DNA of 64,000 bases from Haplodiscus bocki. Its lineage: Eukaryota. Numbering within the stretch: position 1 is the stretch's first letter; every line of letters starts with the position of its first letter. The stretch is taken from assembly GCA_965655095.1 (NCBI GenBank), contig OZ296651.1, forward strand, positions 43,896,001-43,960,000, read 5' to 3'. The position numbers and the translations under genes were made by a program. Below the pieces are notes generated by a model that was not told the origin of the DNA, did no database searches, and was given only the letters and a program-made list of their open reading frames with translations. Below, one piece after another: positions 1 to 13,500 of this stretch.

Positions 1-470
1 CCGCCGAAAACTTTCTGACAAAAAGCCAAAAACCTTTGTCTCAATGTGCGATAATGAATAGAAAATACACTTTTTTCAGAAAATATATTTTATTTCAAAC
101 TGTTCCTGTGGACACGTAGAATGCAGTTTTCAAGACCCCTCTGAAAGTTTTTCAAAAAAAAGGTCAAAAAAGTTTTGCTCAGTGTCCCAAAATGATAGAA
201 AATACATGCGTTCCTCAATAAATTGTTTTCCTCAAACTATTCCTCTGGACACGTAGAATGCAGTTTTGACAACCCCTCCGAAGAATTTTCGAAAAAATAG
301 GCCGAAGAGTTTTTGCTCAATGTCCGAAAAAGTTAAAGAAACATAGTTTTGTGAACAAATTGTTTTTCCGGAAACTGTTCCTCTGGACAGGTAGATTGCA
401 GATTTCACAACCCCGTCGAAACAATTGGACAAATGGGCAACAATTTTTCACCAACTTTCCGAGAATAAAT
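1..470. repeat. Tandem repeat, ~137-bp unit, at least 3 copies (continues off the left edge)
   Basis: GGACAC/GGTAGAATGCAGTTTT..ACAACCCC core recurs at 110, 247 and 385 (spacing 137 and 138). A reverse-complement fragment of the same unit (gggttgtcaaaactgcat) sits at 51681. Confidence 0.85.
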
Positions 471-1537
471 TTAGGAACTTTGCAATTTGCTATAGAATAC
501 AAGTGAAATAGAAAGGTTTTTGATATATGTACGCACTTAGAAATTGTTTCCTGTGAGAAATCGTTGTAACGGCCAATTTTCTGAACATTTTTTCTAAATC
601 TTCTTTTTCCAACCATATTAGGATTTTGCGAAAAAACAGAAATATTTTAGAATTTCGAAGAGTTAAAAATTTGATTAAGTTTTTCTTTCCAAAAGTTACG
701 CTTCCATGTTTCTGAAAGGCATCTTTAACAAAATTGGAAGGCGCAAAAGATCCTGGTGGTTGCCAGGTGTCTTGTTGAGCTTTCATTTTTGTCTGGTGTT
801 GCCACGCGCTCCCCTATCTAGAGTTCATTTCTTCTACCGGGAATCTTACTCCGTGGCCTTTACACCCTCAATGTGGCGGCCTGCTGAGGGCGCTTGTGGT
901 CAAAACATCGTTCTACTGCAATTTTACGCTTAAAGCATGGGTGCTTGACGATTCAAGATTGCCTATGATCTTTGGCAACGAGCTTCAAGAATAATGTCGT
1001 TTGCAACAATTTTTTTCCAAGAAATTGGCAATTGTTTGTAATGAAAAAGAAGCATAATTGAACGGTGGACATGAAAGTTCAACAACAAACTAATACTTTT
1101 CGAGTTACACAAAAAAATGACAACAGAATGTGAAAAGTGTAGCTTGCCAATGAAAATGGGCTTATGAAAGAATGATTCGGAAGAATGAAAAACAGTAGGT
1201 TGTTCTAAAGCAGCGCTACGTCAAAATTCGCGTTGACTAGTTATAAAATTGAAAAAAAAATGGCGGCATTCATTCTTTTTTCAATCTTTTGGAGATTTCA
1301 TTCTAAATGCGTTGTGGTCAAGGGATTTGATTTCAAAAAAAACAATGAGGTCAAAGTCTATGTCTTTTTAGACGCCTGGCAAGTCTTTGTTTATTTCCGC
1401 GTTCCAGAAAGTGCAATTTCACGAAACATGAGGCTATAAAATAGCCTTTCTTGAATTTCATGATTGGCAGATCACTTATTTGACTTTGAGATTGTGTTAC
1501 TTCTTTGAGAAGTACCTTAACAGTGCTTTCGTTTTTT

Positions 1538-1850
1538 GGACCAAGTGAACAATCTCTCTCCCCCCCCCCCCTCCCCAAAGACCAAGTGAACAATCCCCCC
1601 CGACCAGACTATATAAGCTATCTGCAGCTGATCAGTATTGAAACCGGTGACTTAAGCACCACTACATTGTCCGTATGAATGCCCTCGGTAGTCTCTGAGA
1701 TGATTACCTGGCGTCAATAATAAGTGATACTCTTAGTTGGATGCCTCTGATACGAATATTGGTTTCTCTAGCATCGATTGCTTAAAGTAGACTAGTGAAC
1801 TATCTCCCCCTAGGAGCAGTTGGGGGGGAGAGAGATTGTTCACTTGGTCC
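1538..1850. mobile_element. MITE-like non-autonomous element (~313 bp) with ~29-bp terminal inverted repeats
   Basis: ggaccaagtgaacaatctctctccccccc (1538-1566) is the reverse complement of 1822-1850. It is flanked on both sides by gtttttt (1531-1537, 1851-1857). Extra internal copies of the agtgaac(a/t)atc motif occur at ~1585 and ~1795. Confidence 0.75.
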
Positions 1851-4800
1851 GTTTTTTTAATATAGAAGGCGAAGTTGAAGATATTATTAGATCGATATCG
1901 TGTAAGTTTTCTCCATAGTTGAAGATGTGGATATGATGTCTATCCATACTGATGTTAGTCACGAGTAACACGTACAGGCGAGTAAGTGTGTTGTGTTTCT
2001 TACATGTACATGCAAGATAGTACTGTTGTGTTTTCATTATAATGTTGTTTCGACGTTCAATCGCACGAGGGCAACGTCAATTTGACGAATTAATTCGTTT
2101 TTGTCATTTTACTCTATTTTCGGCTTTTTCTCCTCGATAGAGTTTCCACTCCAACTCTTTTTGCACATTGTTTTTGGTGAGTCACTTTTCCTCTAGCTTT
2201 TTCTTCTTGCACGGTTTCCAAAAGATAACAATTTTGGTACAAAAACTCTAGAAGTTGTAGTTGGGGATGAAGGAATTTGGAAATAACAATTGTTAGGGAC
2301 TTAAAATTTGCTCTATGAGCACTTAATCAAAAGCCAGATAAACCTGGAAAAAAGCTCCTGAAATTCGAAAAAATTGGGAAAAATTTAGGAAATACCAAGA
2401 AAAGCTTTTCGATGGTTGACTATGATTATTGTTTAAATTTGTTTTCCTCCGTGACAGCGTTTTCATTTGGGCTTATAGAGCGCTTATTCAGAAACCAAAA
2501 GTTATTCAGAAAGATGCTGTGGCACATACTTGGGCTTTTTTTTCAGTTTTGAAGAAAAAAATTCAAAGGCACAAAGAGAAACCTAATGAAGGTTGACCCT
2601 GATCGATATTCGAACTTAATATTTTTTAACTTTCAAAGAGTAACAATTTTTACAAAGTGAATAAGGGAAAGAAAGTTTCTGTTTCTTGGTACCACACTGA
2701 CCAACGATATTTTTGTCCTTTTTTCGAAATCTTAGAAGACACGGGCCTTGATCGCGATTCACCAGAAAGTGCAATAATTGATTGTCTGTAATTGATATCC
2801 GGGCTCAAACGTGTTTTTCCCAATGTCTCGCGATATAATGTTCTCACTGTTGTCCGATTCAAAAACTTCACTCCCTAGAATGTCTGTGGTGTGAATAACA
2901 AAGTTAACGAAATTGCTTCAATCGGCAGGGGGGTTGAGTTTTCAACCCCGCATCCCATGACTATATTTGGCAATCAGTCAAATTCATCAAAGTGTTTATT
3001 CATGGCTGTGTGTTGCTTCATTTGAAGGGGGCACATTCTTTTGGAGACACCTTCCTTTTCAAAAGCCGGCCTGCGTTCATTTTTGGATATATGTAAAATG
3101 TCAAAGAATGAAAAAAGTTTATGGAATCTTTCGCTTTGTATTTCGCCGTCTGTGTTCTTTTTTTTTTGAAAAAAATCTCAGCCGAAGGGGAAGATATTAA
3201 AAGAACAAGGTCGTGTGTTTTTTTCCGGAGTTACAATAGTGGATATGCTGTAATTCTCACTTGATGTAAACATACGTGCTCAACTGCTACACTTGTGTGA
3301 TTAAAGAACGGAGCCTACATTTGCTAATAACTATTTTAGCGATACATATATACATATACATACGAACAACTGGAAATTACAAGTTATGGTTCAATCAATC
3401 GTTTTTCAGAATTTCACCTTGATTACAGCAAGATGGTTATGACAGCAGTTCTGAGGTTTTGTACTTACATTCACTAAGATGGGGATTAGCTTTTGCATCA
3501 CAACTTTTTATGTTTTAAGTGCTTAGTTAAAACCCAGTTTTTGATGACTTTTTAAATACTGTCAACATTCTTCTTGCCTACTGATTGCACCCCAAAAATT
3601 GGTAGCTTTTTAGTGTTTACGTTTTCAAAACAACATAGACAGTAACAACCTTTTCAACGCAATAACATTGAACATGAAATGACGCCTCAAATTTTGTCGA
3701 GTTTCTCTGAAATAATGAAAACAAGGAAAGAGCCAGCTCCTGAGTTCCACCAAAACGTAAGAGGTTTCTTGTCAGGTTATTAAATGTGAACAAGATTTGG
3801 GTCAAAACCACTTTGAAATTTGAAAGCTGCGATGTTTAAGACTAAAATTTTTCTCCTTATATTTTAAAATAAAAAATCTGAGACCTACTGCAATGTTCAG
3901 GTTAGATTGAGAAACAGCTGATGGGTCAACTCAATTTTTTCACTAGTTTAGAAAAACTGTCTATTGAAAAAATCAGCAGATAAACCGTCTTTTTTATCTA
4001 GCAGCGTAACTAAATACATGCATAAACAAAAGCCCGCGAAAAGTTAACTTTTATCGAAATTTCAATGATTTTCAGTGATTCGCAGAAACGTTGCGCTGGA
4101 AAATCAAACAGGCCGTCGGACGCTTCGTTCAATGCAGTTTTTGGCATTTTACACTTTTTATATCTATCTTCATTGGTTCTAATCGAAAAAAAAGCATTTT
4201 CATGAGGTAGTCAGATTTTCAACTCCAACAAGTCGATTTTCTAGAAAATTGAAGTCGTTTTTCTTAACATATAGATTTTTATTAGTGGTGGGTGACTACA
4301 TTTGAGTTACTATAGTCAAAACCAAGTAATTTAACGTAAAAATGTGTGCTCGACCTTGATGCAAAAAAAGTCGTCAGACTTTTTGCGAAAGTACCACTTT
4401 CTGCCGTTTTTGACTACCCGGGTGCAGCTTTAGAGTGAAAGTCCCTGATTTTCTTCTAAGGGAAGTTGTTATGAACACTGAGTTAAGCTTCGAGCTGCTA
4501 AGCTTCCAAAACCCGTGGAGGGGGCTAGCTGCTCAGCAAGTCGATTTTTACAAAAATCCGTAACTGTTGCTACTGATAAGTTTTTGCACAATTCCAAATC
4601 TAAGCTTTTCATCCATTGGGTGTAGTTTGCATCGGTGGAAACTGTTGGTTGACATGTTTTTACATCTTCAAGTTTTTTACATGGCAATTGTGGTCCCTAA
4701 ATAAAATATGGTACTAAATTTCGGATGCGGCAGTGTTATAATCTTAAAAAACGGAAAAATGGCGGCCATGCGCATTGTCAGACAAAATTCCAATTGCACC

Positions 4801-6634
4801 TTCTTGTATTCCTTCTATGCTTTGATAATTTTTCTTCACTCTTCTTTATTTTTTTTCTGTTTTGACGTTGTAACTGAGCTGAGAAACTTTGCGATTTTCC
4901 ACACCACCTTATTTTTTGTCAACATGACACCCTTCGAGGTAAACAGCGTTGACGTTTGAGGTCAAATTAGATGGAGTACGAAAAATATGCTGCAGCGGAT
5001 TTGCTATGTTAATATAAGTGCAGGCGGTAACTCCAAAACAGCTAATAGTTTAAGCCTTGTTTGGTTTTGTTCCGGAGCAAAATTTTCTTTTCATTTACCT
5101 TTCCTTTTGCCACGTCTATTCCCATAACTAAATTCATTAATTTCACGCGTGTCAACAAAGAAAAGCTACTAATTCAATTATGGCCATATGGATCAGTTTG
5201 AATCCTTTTTTGATGATATTCAACAATTGAAAATAAATTAAAATGAAACTTTAAACATCATTTAAAAATTTTTAAGAAGCTCAGGTTAAATAATTAATAA
5301 CAAAAAAGGGGCGCAGTAGCACTGCGATTCATTCCCTCATCGCGATGATTATAACTTTGATAAAACATGCAACAAATTACTATTACAAGGAAACCACAAA
5401 GTGACATAAAACTTGGGCGGGGCTGTGGGAAAAGTTTGAGCCAGTAGTTTCAATGAATTTTCAGTCTGAGAGCCGACAAAACAGATTTTTTACTTATATG
5501 TTTTCACATACTCGGTCTATCAAGTGGCCAAAAAGTTCAAACGACTTTGAAGTATAAGTAGGTTAGTTGGAATTTTGGTAGAAGAATTGAAGGTTGTTTA
5601 TTTTTGGAGAAGAACGAGTTTGAGTGTCGTGGTATAGCTACACTAAAAGCTTTTTTTGGCACTTTGAGCGATCAGGGTTCCAACGCCGATATACAGAATA
5701 ATTACCATGATGCTTACAAACAAATAGACCACCTCGTTTACTAAGTTATCGAGTTACACTTTGATCTGGTACTGAAGCAGATATGGCTGAAGAAAAAATG
5801 ATTTGATGTCGAGACATGTCAAGGCTAATCGGAACTTCCGTCAGTTGTGGCCCATTAGAATTCCAATGCAGGAACAGAATTATTAGTTTTTCAACCAACA
5901 CTATACGAAAAGAACAAATACATTGGATAGAAAGAATCAAGCTGGTAGTTCGTGAAAGATATGAGTTCAATTATGGAGATTTTTGAAATTTCAAAACATT
6001 TTGGCATTCTCGGACTGTTCTGATTCTTGCGGGAGGAACAAATTTAACACTTTTGAACCTCAAAACTCTACAGAAAAATTGGCCGAGAAAGATTTTCAAG
6101 CAATGTCATGTCATCATTTATGCAGAGATCCGAGTTGGAATGTTGAAGTAACGACAAAACCAGCAGCAAAACTTTAGTATCACCAAACCTTCGAAGAACC
6201 CACGCAGGAAACAAAACCAATCAATTTCAAGTCCCAACTTCTGGTACAACAGGAACTTTCAATTAAGGTTTTGATGGAAGAGATCCGGGTGCTGGTTCAG
6301 AAAAAACAAGTGTTCGAATATCTATGAATGTCGAAACTCGAAAAAATTTGAGTGTCAACGCACTAAAAGTGTTTAAACGCAAAGAACGGAAGGGTTAGTC
6401 TCCTAACTAAGAATTACTCCTGAATTGAAATAATTTTCGATTGATACCTTGATGAAAGAAGTTAAGCCTGTAGTTTTGGAGAAAAAACATGGACTCCGGG
6501 CGCGGGAGAAATCAAAATAAGTAGCCTCTTATGGATTCTTCGTACAACCAATGCTCTGAACCAAGCAACAAACTTATTAAAAATTCCTCTTAAAAATAGC
6601 TCTTAAGGCCTCAATTATCAACAGAAGGTCTACG

Positions 6635-6850
6635 ATAACGGCTCATCGACGGTCCACTAGCCAGTTAACGGCGGTATCATCGGAATTACCGGCGACGGCA
6701 AATTTCAAAAAAATTCGAACCGGGAGGAAACTTTCAGTAACACCAAAAGGTCCCCCTACGAAGTTTTATGGTACCGAGACAATCAATTTTGACATAAGTG
6801 ATACAGCTTCTATGGCTCAGCCATTTTTTGCCCCCCCCCCCCCTCCCACA
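6635..6850. repeat. Juxtaposed fragments of two interspersed repeat families
   Basis: 6635-6725 (aacggcggtatcatcggaattaccggcg) matches 22255-22355. 6750-6790 (ccccctacgaagttttatggtaccgagac) is the reverse complement of the ~125-bp unit in the 61650-62740 array. Confidence 0.65.
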
Positions 6851-7624
6851 TGGGCAGCGCTGACATTGAGTTGTTTTCGGCTTGATGAGAATGAACTGAA
6901 ACCTGTGATTTTACGTTTTGTTTCCTTATTTACGTATCTGTTACAGAAATGGATCAATACCTACACCAGGCGTTGGAAATTTTGTAAACTCTGAAAAGCG
7001 TCATAAGAAAGGGACTTGAAGCCAAAATATCGAATTGCCTGTTTTGTCCATTGATTTATCGTTCGTCTATGCATTAAGCAAAATACTGATGTGTTTTGCT
7101 TATTAGTTTTTTCACAACTTTCGGTCTGTGCAATTTAACATGCGAGCTGGCTACTACAGCTATAAAGAATTTTGTAGCGAGTAGATGTCTGTTTTTAGTC
7201 GGCTCTTTAGTTATTGTGCTAAAAAGACCGACTATCAGAAACACTTAGTTTTTTTTTTACGAAGAACCCCAAAATGTATACCAATAACCAATGTTTTTAC
7301 TAACTCCAACCACAATCTAAGTACATATTTTTAGCAGGACGTGCCAAAGGCCTCCCAAGATGAACCAAAACCCGAGAAAGCCAAAAAAATTTCAAAAGTA
7401 TACACCAAAAATATTGCGGTTACCTTTGCAACTGTCACTAGATTAAAATTTTTCCTGATACTCCCATTGTTTTCCGAATTCCATTTTTTGCAACTGAGTT
7501 TCCCAAGTGCCTATGGCTTAGCAGAAGGCACTGTTATAAATTCCGCCTTTCAAAAACTATTTTTCTCGTAAAGTTTTATTAAACATCATCAACTTTCAAG
7601 AAGCCCAAATTTTCTCGAGACTTG

Positions 7625-7693
7625 AAAGGGCCCCCCTTTCTAGTATATTGAGCCATACGGGAGGCACCGATTTGGGTCGTTCCCGGCTTGTTG
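7625..7693 (-). repeat. End of an interspersed repeat family
   Basis: The reverse complement cccaaatcggtgcctcccgtatggctcaa matches cctaagtcggtgccgcccgtaaggctcaa at ~54953 and ctcaagtcggcgccgtacttaaggct at ~55219. Confidence 0.6.
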
Positions 7694-8202
7694 CTTATCT
7701 ATCTGGACCACTAAATTTGAAATTCATTCTATCAGTCAATTTAGCTCACCAAATGAACATCTAATTTCCAGACTAATTTTCCTTGTGGACTCGCGATTGT
7801 TTGTTTCTTAGAATGTTTGGAAAAAATAATTTGAAAGTTACGCATTCTTTATTGTTTTCTGTCTATATTGTATCTAACTCTTCGTTGATCATCCCGCTTG
7901 CAGTAATTCTTGCAGCTGACTTGAAGAAATATCAAGTCACTGGGCAATTTTTAATGGCTATTGCTCTCTCTGTTCACGTGCATAGTTTTTCTGAACTCAG
8001 TGAATGTTTGCTTCATTCTGCCGAAGATTTCAACTTGATAATTTGATGTTTAATTCCTTTTGTGAAGAAAACAAAATTATTTCTCTATGAAAATTGCAAA
8101 ACAAAATTATTGTATTCAATCAAACAATTTACCCATTTTTGATCTAAATTCAGAATGGATCAATGGGGATAGGAAGTGGGCTCACCAGTGCCTTTTCCAA
8201 GC

Positions 8203-8243
8203 CTCTTTGTATATTCATCTCTAAAAAATGAATATACAAAGAG
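8203..8243. other. Perfect 16-bp inverted repeat with 9-nt loop
   Basis: ctctttgtatattcat (8203-8218) pairs with atgaatatacaaagag (8228-8243). Confidence 0.8.
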
Positions 8244-10599
8244 TGTAATAGACTTCCTTTGCTGCTTCTGAAATTGGTACAGAAAAAATATGAACGCCCA
8301 CGTAAATGGGCATTGGGGCAGAGTAGCACTTCCTTTGATGTCAAATTGAGCACTTTCCAGAGTTATGACAAAAAGTCAATGAGCTGAAAAACTTCGGCCA
8401 CATTCTCTATGAGACTTCAATAGTTTGACAACCAATTTGTCTAAAATACAGCGTCTTTTTTCTGCAAGAACGTAGCTAGGATAACCCAGTCCGCCACCGA
8501 ATATTGAACATACCCTTTGATTAAAAACATATCAAACTAAATCATAATTACGCAAAATCTATAAAGTTTTGTCTTGATGCTGTAAGTTCCAGAGCAAAAA
8601 TTAAAATGGTGCCGCGAATTTTCGCATTGGCAGTATAAAGTCGAGCTTGAAAGCCAGGGGTTGATGACCGTCATGTAATGAGATAGGTTATAGTTTGTTT
8701 TGTTTTGTTTTGTTTTTATTGGCCAACGAAATTTTTCCCACAAGGGCCAGCGGCGGCTGCTCCCGGATACTTTTTACACTTGCGGCTACTCAGCTACGTA
8801 CACAGTTCAATCGTTAATACGCTCGCAGTCAATTCTTACTCCTTCGGTCAACTACTATACAGGCGACTGTCTAATACGCAATTTAAAACGCCCTTAATTT
8901 TTACGCCTGCGGTTAATTGTCAATGAAGTCAAAAAATGTTTCCGACTAAGTAAGTGAGATATTCAAAAACAATGTGAACTTTGATTTTTTAAGAGAATTT
9001 ATAATATCCAATGAAAATGTTATGATAATAAGGGCAACTCATTTACCGAAGGTGTGATTTTTTGAGTATGCCGTCACCGAGGAAAACAATATATGTAAAA
9101 GTACCACATACTTTATTTTTTTGCTGGTATGCATGAACGAAATCTTGCACAGCTCGGAAATCCAAAGCTATTGACTAAACACCTGTTTCCTCTTCGAGAA
9201 CGTTTCTGTTCTACAAATGGTCCTTCACAAGTATCTTCGAAAAATTTTTCCTTTAGTTTTTGCTGCTGAACCTGACTTTATTTGTTGTCTGATCGACGCC
9301 ACAAAACGTTTTACTGCACAGACAAATCATTCCAGCACAACAAAACTTTTTAAACAAGGCATCTTCTTGTTTGTGGTGTTTTTAATGTTCCTGACAGATT
9401 CAGGGGAAGAAACTGCTGAACATCGTCGGGAGAAATGTTCCTACGATCACTTCTTCTGAAAGTGTTCCTTTTTGATACAATCTTCATGAGAAGCGAAGAA
9501 CAGGGTATAAGGAAAAAGTGTTCGTTTCAATTTCTCTGAAAGAAATGAAATTACAAAACCTTTGAAAAACCAATTAATGCCAATTAATTAAAAACTCTTC
9601 AAAAATTCTTTGTTGCGGATGTTTCACTCTTGCTTTTATGTTCGAGTAGTTTCATTCACGACTGGAAAAAACAACCTTGAGAACTTTAGTAATTTCAGAG
9701 CTTGCGCAGGTATGCCTACAACATTTTTAAGAATTTGATAGTCAAAATGAGTTTTTCTGATGAACTGCATTTAGGCACACGACTGTAAGTTTTGCCATTT
9801 GGCGGAAGAGTTTTGAACATTGTCAAACAAGTCATAGGTTGAATTACTCTTACCTTGCTGCTCTTATAGCCTTGCATAGAACAACACCAGTAGCAGCTCC
9901 AAGGAAAGCCATAACATCCAAGGTCTCAACGTTCCTAATTTTGAAAACAGAGACAAACTGATTCATATTTTCGAAGACTGTTGGTTCCATTTCTTTTCCA
10001 ATCAATAGCAAATGATAGGGATAGGAGCTTTCAAGTTGATGTCTTCATCCAAATCATTTAACAACACCTCAAAGAGTGTTGAGATAACCCGCGAAGTGAT
10101 GTGGGACCTCAAATAAATCATTCTTTTGAGTTGATGAAGATTGTCGGAGTGGTTGTTTCTTCTTAAATCTATCCTCGTGCTCAACAACATACGCTCCATC
10201 AAAATTGCAAGATCGCCGAAACTCTCGTCTTCGTTTGCCCAGCGTTGACATGATACGTTCGACTTTTCTTAATGCTTAACGCAATTTACCGAAAATTGAC
10301 GCTAGTTTCCTTTTTACTTTTCCCCACAAAGCTTTTCGACAATTTGGAAGGCAGAGACTAGCGAGTGAAGTTCCCCCTTACAGAAAAACCGTCTTTTACA
10401 GCGAATTTGTGTTTATACAGACTAAACATGGAACATCTTTAACAACCGAAAGTCCTGCATCGACTTAAAAACTACTTTTTTTTTTACAAAAATAGATTCA
10501 GAATCAAACACCAAGAAGTTTTGGAAGATCACTTTGTCTCAACTACCTCAGTATCGGTGTATGTCACCAGACCAAAAAGCATTTCTCTTGGTTGATAAA

Positions 10600-13500
10600 C
10601 AGACTTTGGGTGTTTCTTCGTCAATGTTTCTTTTTCGCGTAGATTTTTGTGTACTTTTGAATTTTTTCGGAGTGATATATCACAAATTGGTCAACAAAGT
10701 AATTTGACATATTTGTTCGCATCAATGATAAAACACATATGAGCATCAAAACGCAATAAAGTAGCTGTGATACTGGATCATTGCTCGGAGCTTTCAGCAG
10801 ACCCTCCAAAACCTCTCCAATCTGATATTCCAATTTTTTCAAGCAGGAAAGTTACCATGGCTAGACCTTCAACGTTGTGAAGGCCTTCGAGGGCAAGAGT
10901 CAAGTTGATGTTTCGATGACTTATTTTTAATACGGTAGATTCGCTATGAACCTCACTGTTCCTCTGTCGTGCATTCAATTACCGCTTAGTGGGCATGGAC
11001 CGTTGCTATGGCGTTCTTCGTCCACCCGGTAAGTAAGTCAAATTTTATCACTGCAGCTTACCACGTTCAATTTTGATAACCCATCTTGACATCCGATGGG
11101 AACGCTCTTCGGAAACCCAAAAAAAATTGTCACCATTGGAGCAAACCGAAGCTCCCATTCATTAGATATTCGCCACCAAGCCTTAGCTTCCACGACGTTC
11201 AGACACACACGCTCTGCTGCAATTTCAGAATACCTTCCTTGTTGGCTATAAGTTGTGACAATTTGAGGGGTGAATTAATTTCATTTGCAAATTTTTAACT
11301 TCTACTGCCTTCTTCCATGGTGTGAAGTACAAAACCAACAGCCTCTTTTTTATCGCCGCAGTATGTAAAACTTCAATTATTGTTCGAATTTATAGTTTTT
11401 TTGCCTGCATGTGGGAATAAATTTAGCTGACGCGGTGTGCAGCTTTGTCTGCAATTGGGTTTATCAGGAAAAAAATGAGAAAATTTTGATGGGTAGTGAA
11501 CTCTGCACGGAATTTTTGGTCATGCTAGTTACCCTTAATCAAATCCAGGTTCAAAGAAACCTTGTGAATTTTTCAAGGTTTGTTATTTTCATTTTTTGTT
11601 ACTTTGCTGTCAATAAAAACTGGAGAAATCTTTTTTCACATAAAAGACAATTTTTTTTGCTTCCGATGATGGCTTCCAATATTTTTTTTGCAATTTGGTG
11701 ATTCACTTTCTTTTGAGTCTTCCAGAACAAATCGACAGTGCACACTTTCTTGTTGTGATAAATTTGCTTCCTTCACGCTCCTGCGATGGTTACTACAATT
11801 TAATTTTCCCTTTCGATCAAGAGAAGGCTTCACAGGTACTGTCCAGAATGCTTGTGACAATTTAAGAAAGATCACTGATCTTAGAAGTAGCAAGCTAATG
11901 TTCAGAATGACTGTGAAAGGCAAAACAGTTCGTTTTTAGACTTCAGACAAAAACACAATGGCACTGCTCAATCGATAAAAACACCAAGATAGAAACGAAT
12001 CCATCGAATGACGCCACATCACGACTATCCGACTTTTGATAAAGTAATGACATCAAACTGGGCAAGAGATCAGAGACTAGCTCGCTGAAAACTTCCCAAT
12101 CACTCCCATTTAGCCCTTTTAAATGAAAAGTCCAGCCAAAAGCACTAGACTTTTGACACATATACTGCTGGTAAATGATTCATTACTTGCTAAATTTCAC
12201 CCCACTGGAACTAATCTGAGCAAAAACTAATGTGGAATACGCGTAGAAAGATTATGTTTTCCAATATCTTTTAACGAGTTTCTTTCAACTACTGTTGTGA
12301 TGACTGGAAAAACCACTCAAGCGTTACATGAAGTCCGCGAAAAAGTCGGCTACCAAATACGAGAATCTAATTGATTGTCGTAGTTATGTTTACCGCAAAA
12401 GGAAGAGTAGAGAATATTTTGTTTTGAAGCAAGTTTTCTTCAAACCGCTAGAGCGCACCCGAAAATAATTGAGCAGAATAACCCCAATTTTTAATTGGCT
12501 GGGACGCATTGTTCACTTCGTTCATAATTTTTTCTTGTCCAGTTTTGGTTGTTAATATCGCACAGATGAGTTAATTTCGGTTGAACTTCAGTTGTTCACA
12601 ATATCAAAACTATATACAATGCACGAAAATTTCCTAGAAGATTCACTAGACGACACTGACGTTGATTCTCATTTCCAGCAGAGCAATCTAAGCATCTAAA
12701 AAACAACGTTTTCTACGCGTGAGCAGGAGTCTCAAAAGTTTCACTAATCACGATACTTCGAATTTTGTCATAATTGACAGTTGATATGAGGTGACTTTTT
12801 CAAAATTTATCTCAAGGACTTCCGGAAGTACTGGGAAGGTAAGTGCAGCCAGCGTCTTCCTTGGTTTTAATTGTAAGTTCAATAGTAATAGCCTCAAGTT
12901 ACTTTTCACCGATTAAAGTCACCGAAAACAAACCCACGCAATGCAAGCTGGCTTCCAAAACAACTGAAGAATGAAGTTTGAACAGTAGCAATCTCAAGTC
13001 ATTTTACAAGAAATATGGGAAGGGAGCTTCCGAAAAAAGTGAACAGACAAATGTTGCTTCCACTTTCAGTGAAACTTTTATTTCTATTGGACCGCTAACC
13101 ATAAATGGAAGAAGGTCCTTACCTTGTCTTTAAAAGGAAGAAAACTGTAAATGGGCACTGAGAAAAACTTTTTTTGTCAGACGCTCCACTCAACTTGCTC
13201 ATTCGTTCCTTTCGTTATCTCAAACCGAAAATGGTCCGAAAAGAACTTGCTTTAGGTTCACGTTTTATCAGTTTTGTCCACGAAAGCCAAAAAGAAATGC
13301 AAAAAGACTGCGACTCGGAATATTTCGCCTCCGATTGATTATGTGGACTTTGAAAATAAAAGATTACGAAGTTGGAAGACTTCCCTGATTTAAACTGAGA
13401 AAATATGACAATAACTACTCGGAAGTTCAACTGAAAAGATTCAGGAAAGGCAAAGAAGAGGAGTCCCGATGATCAAAGAGTCAATTTAAGTGAGTCGGAC

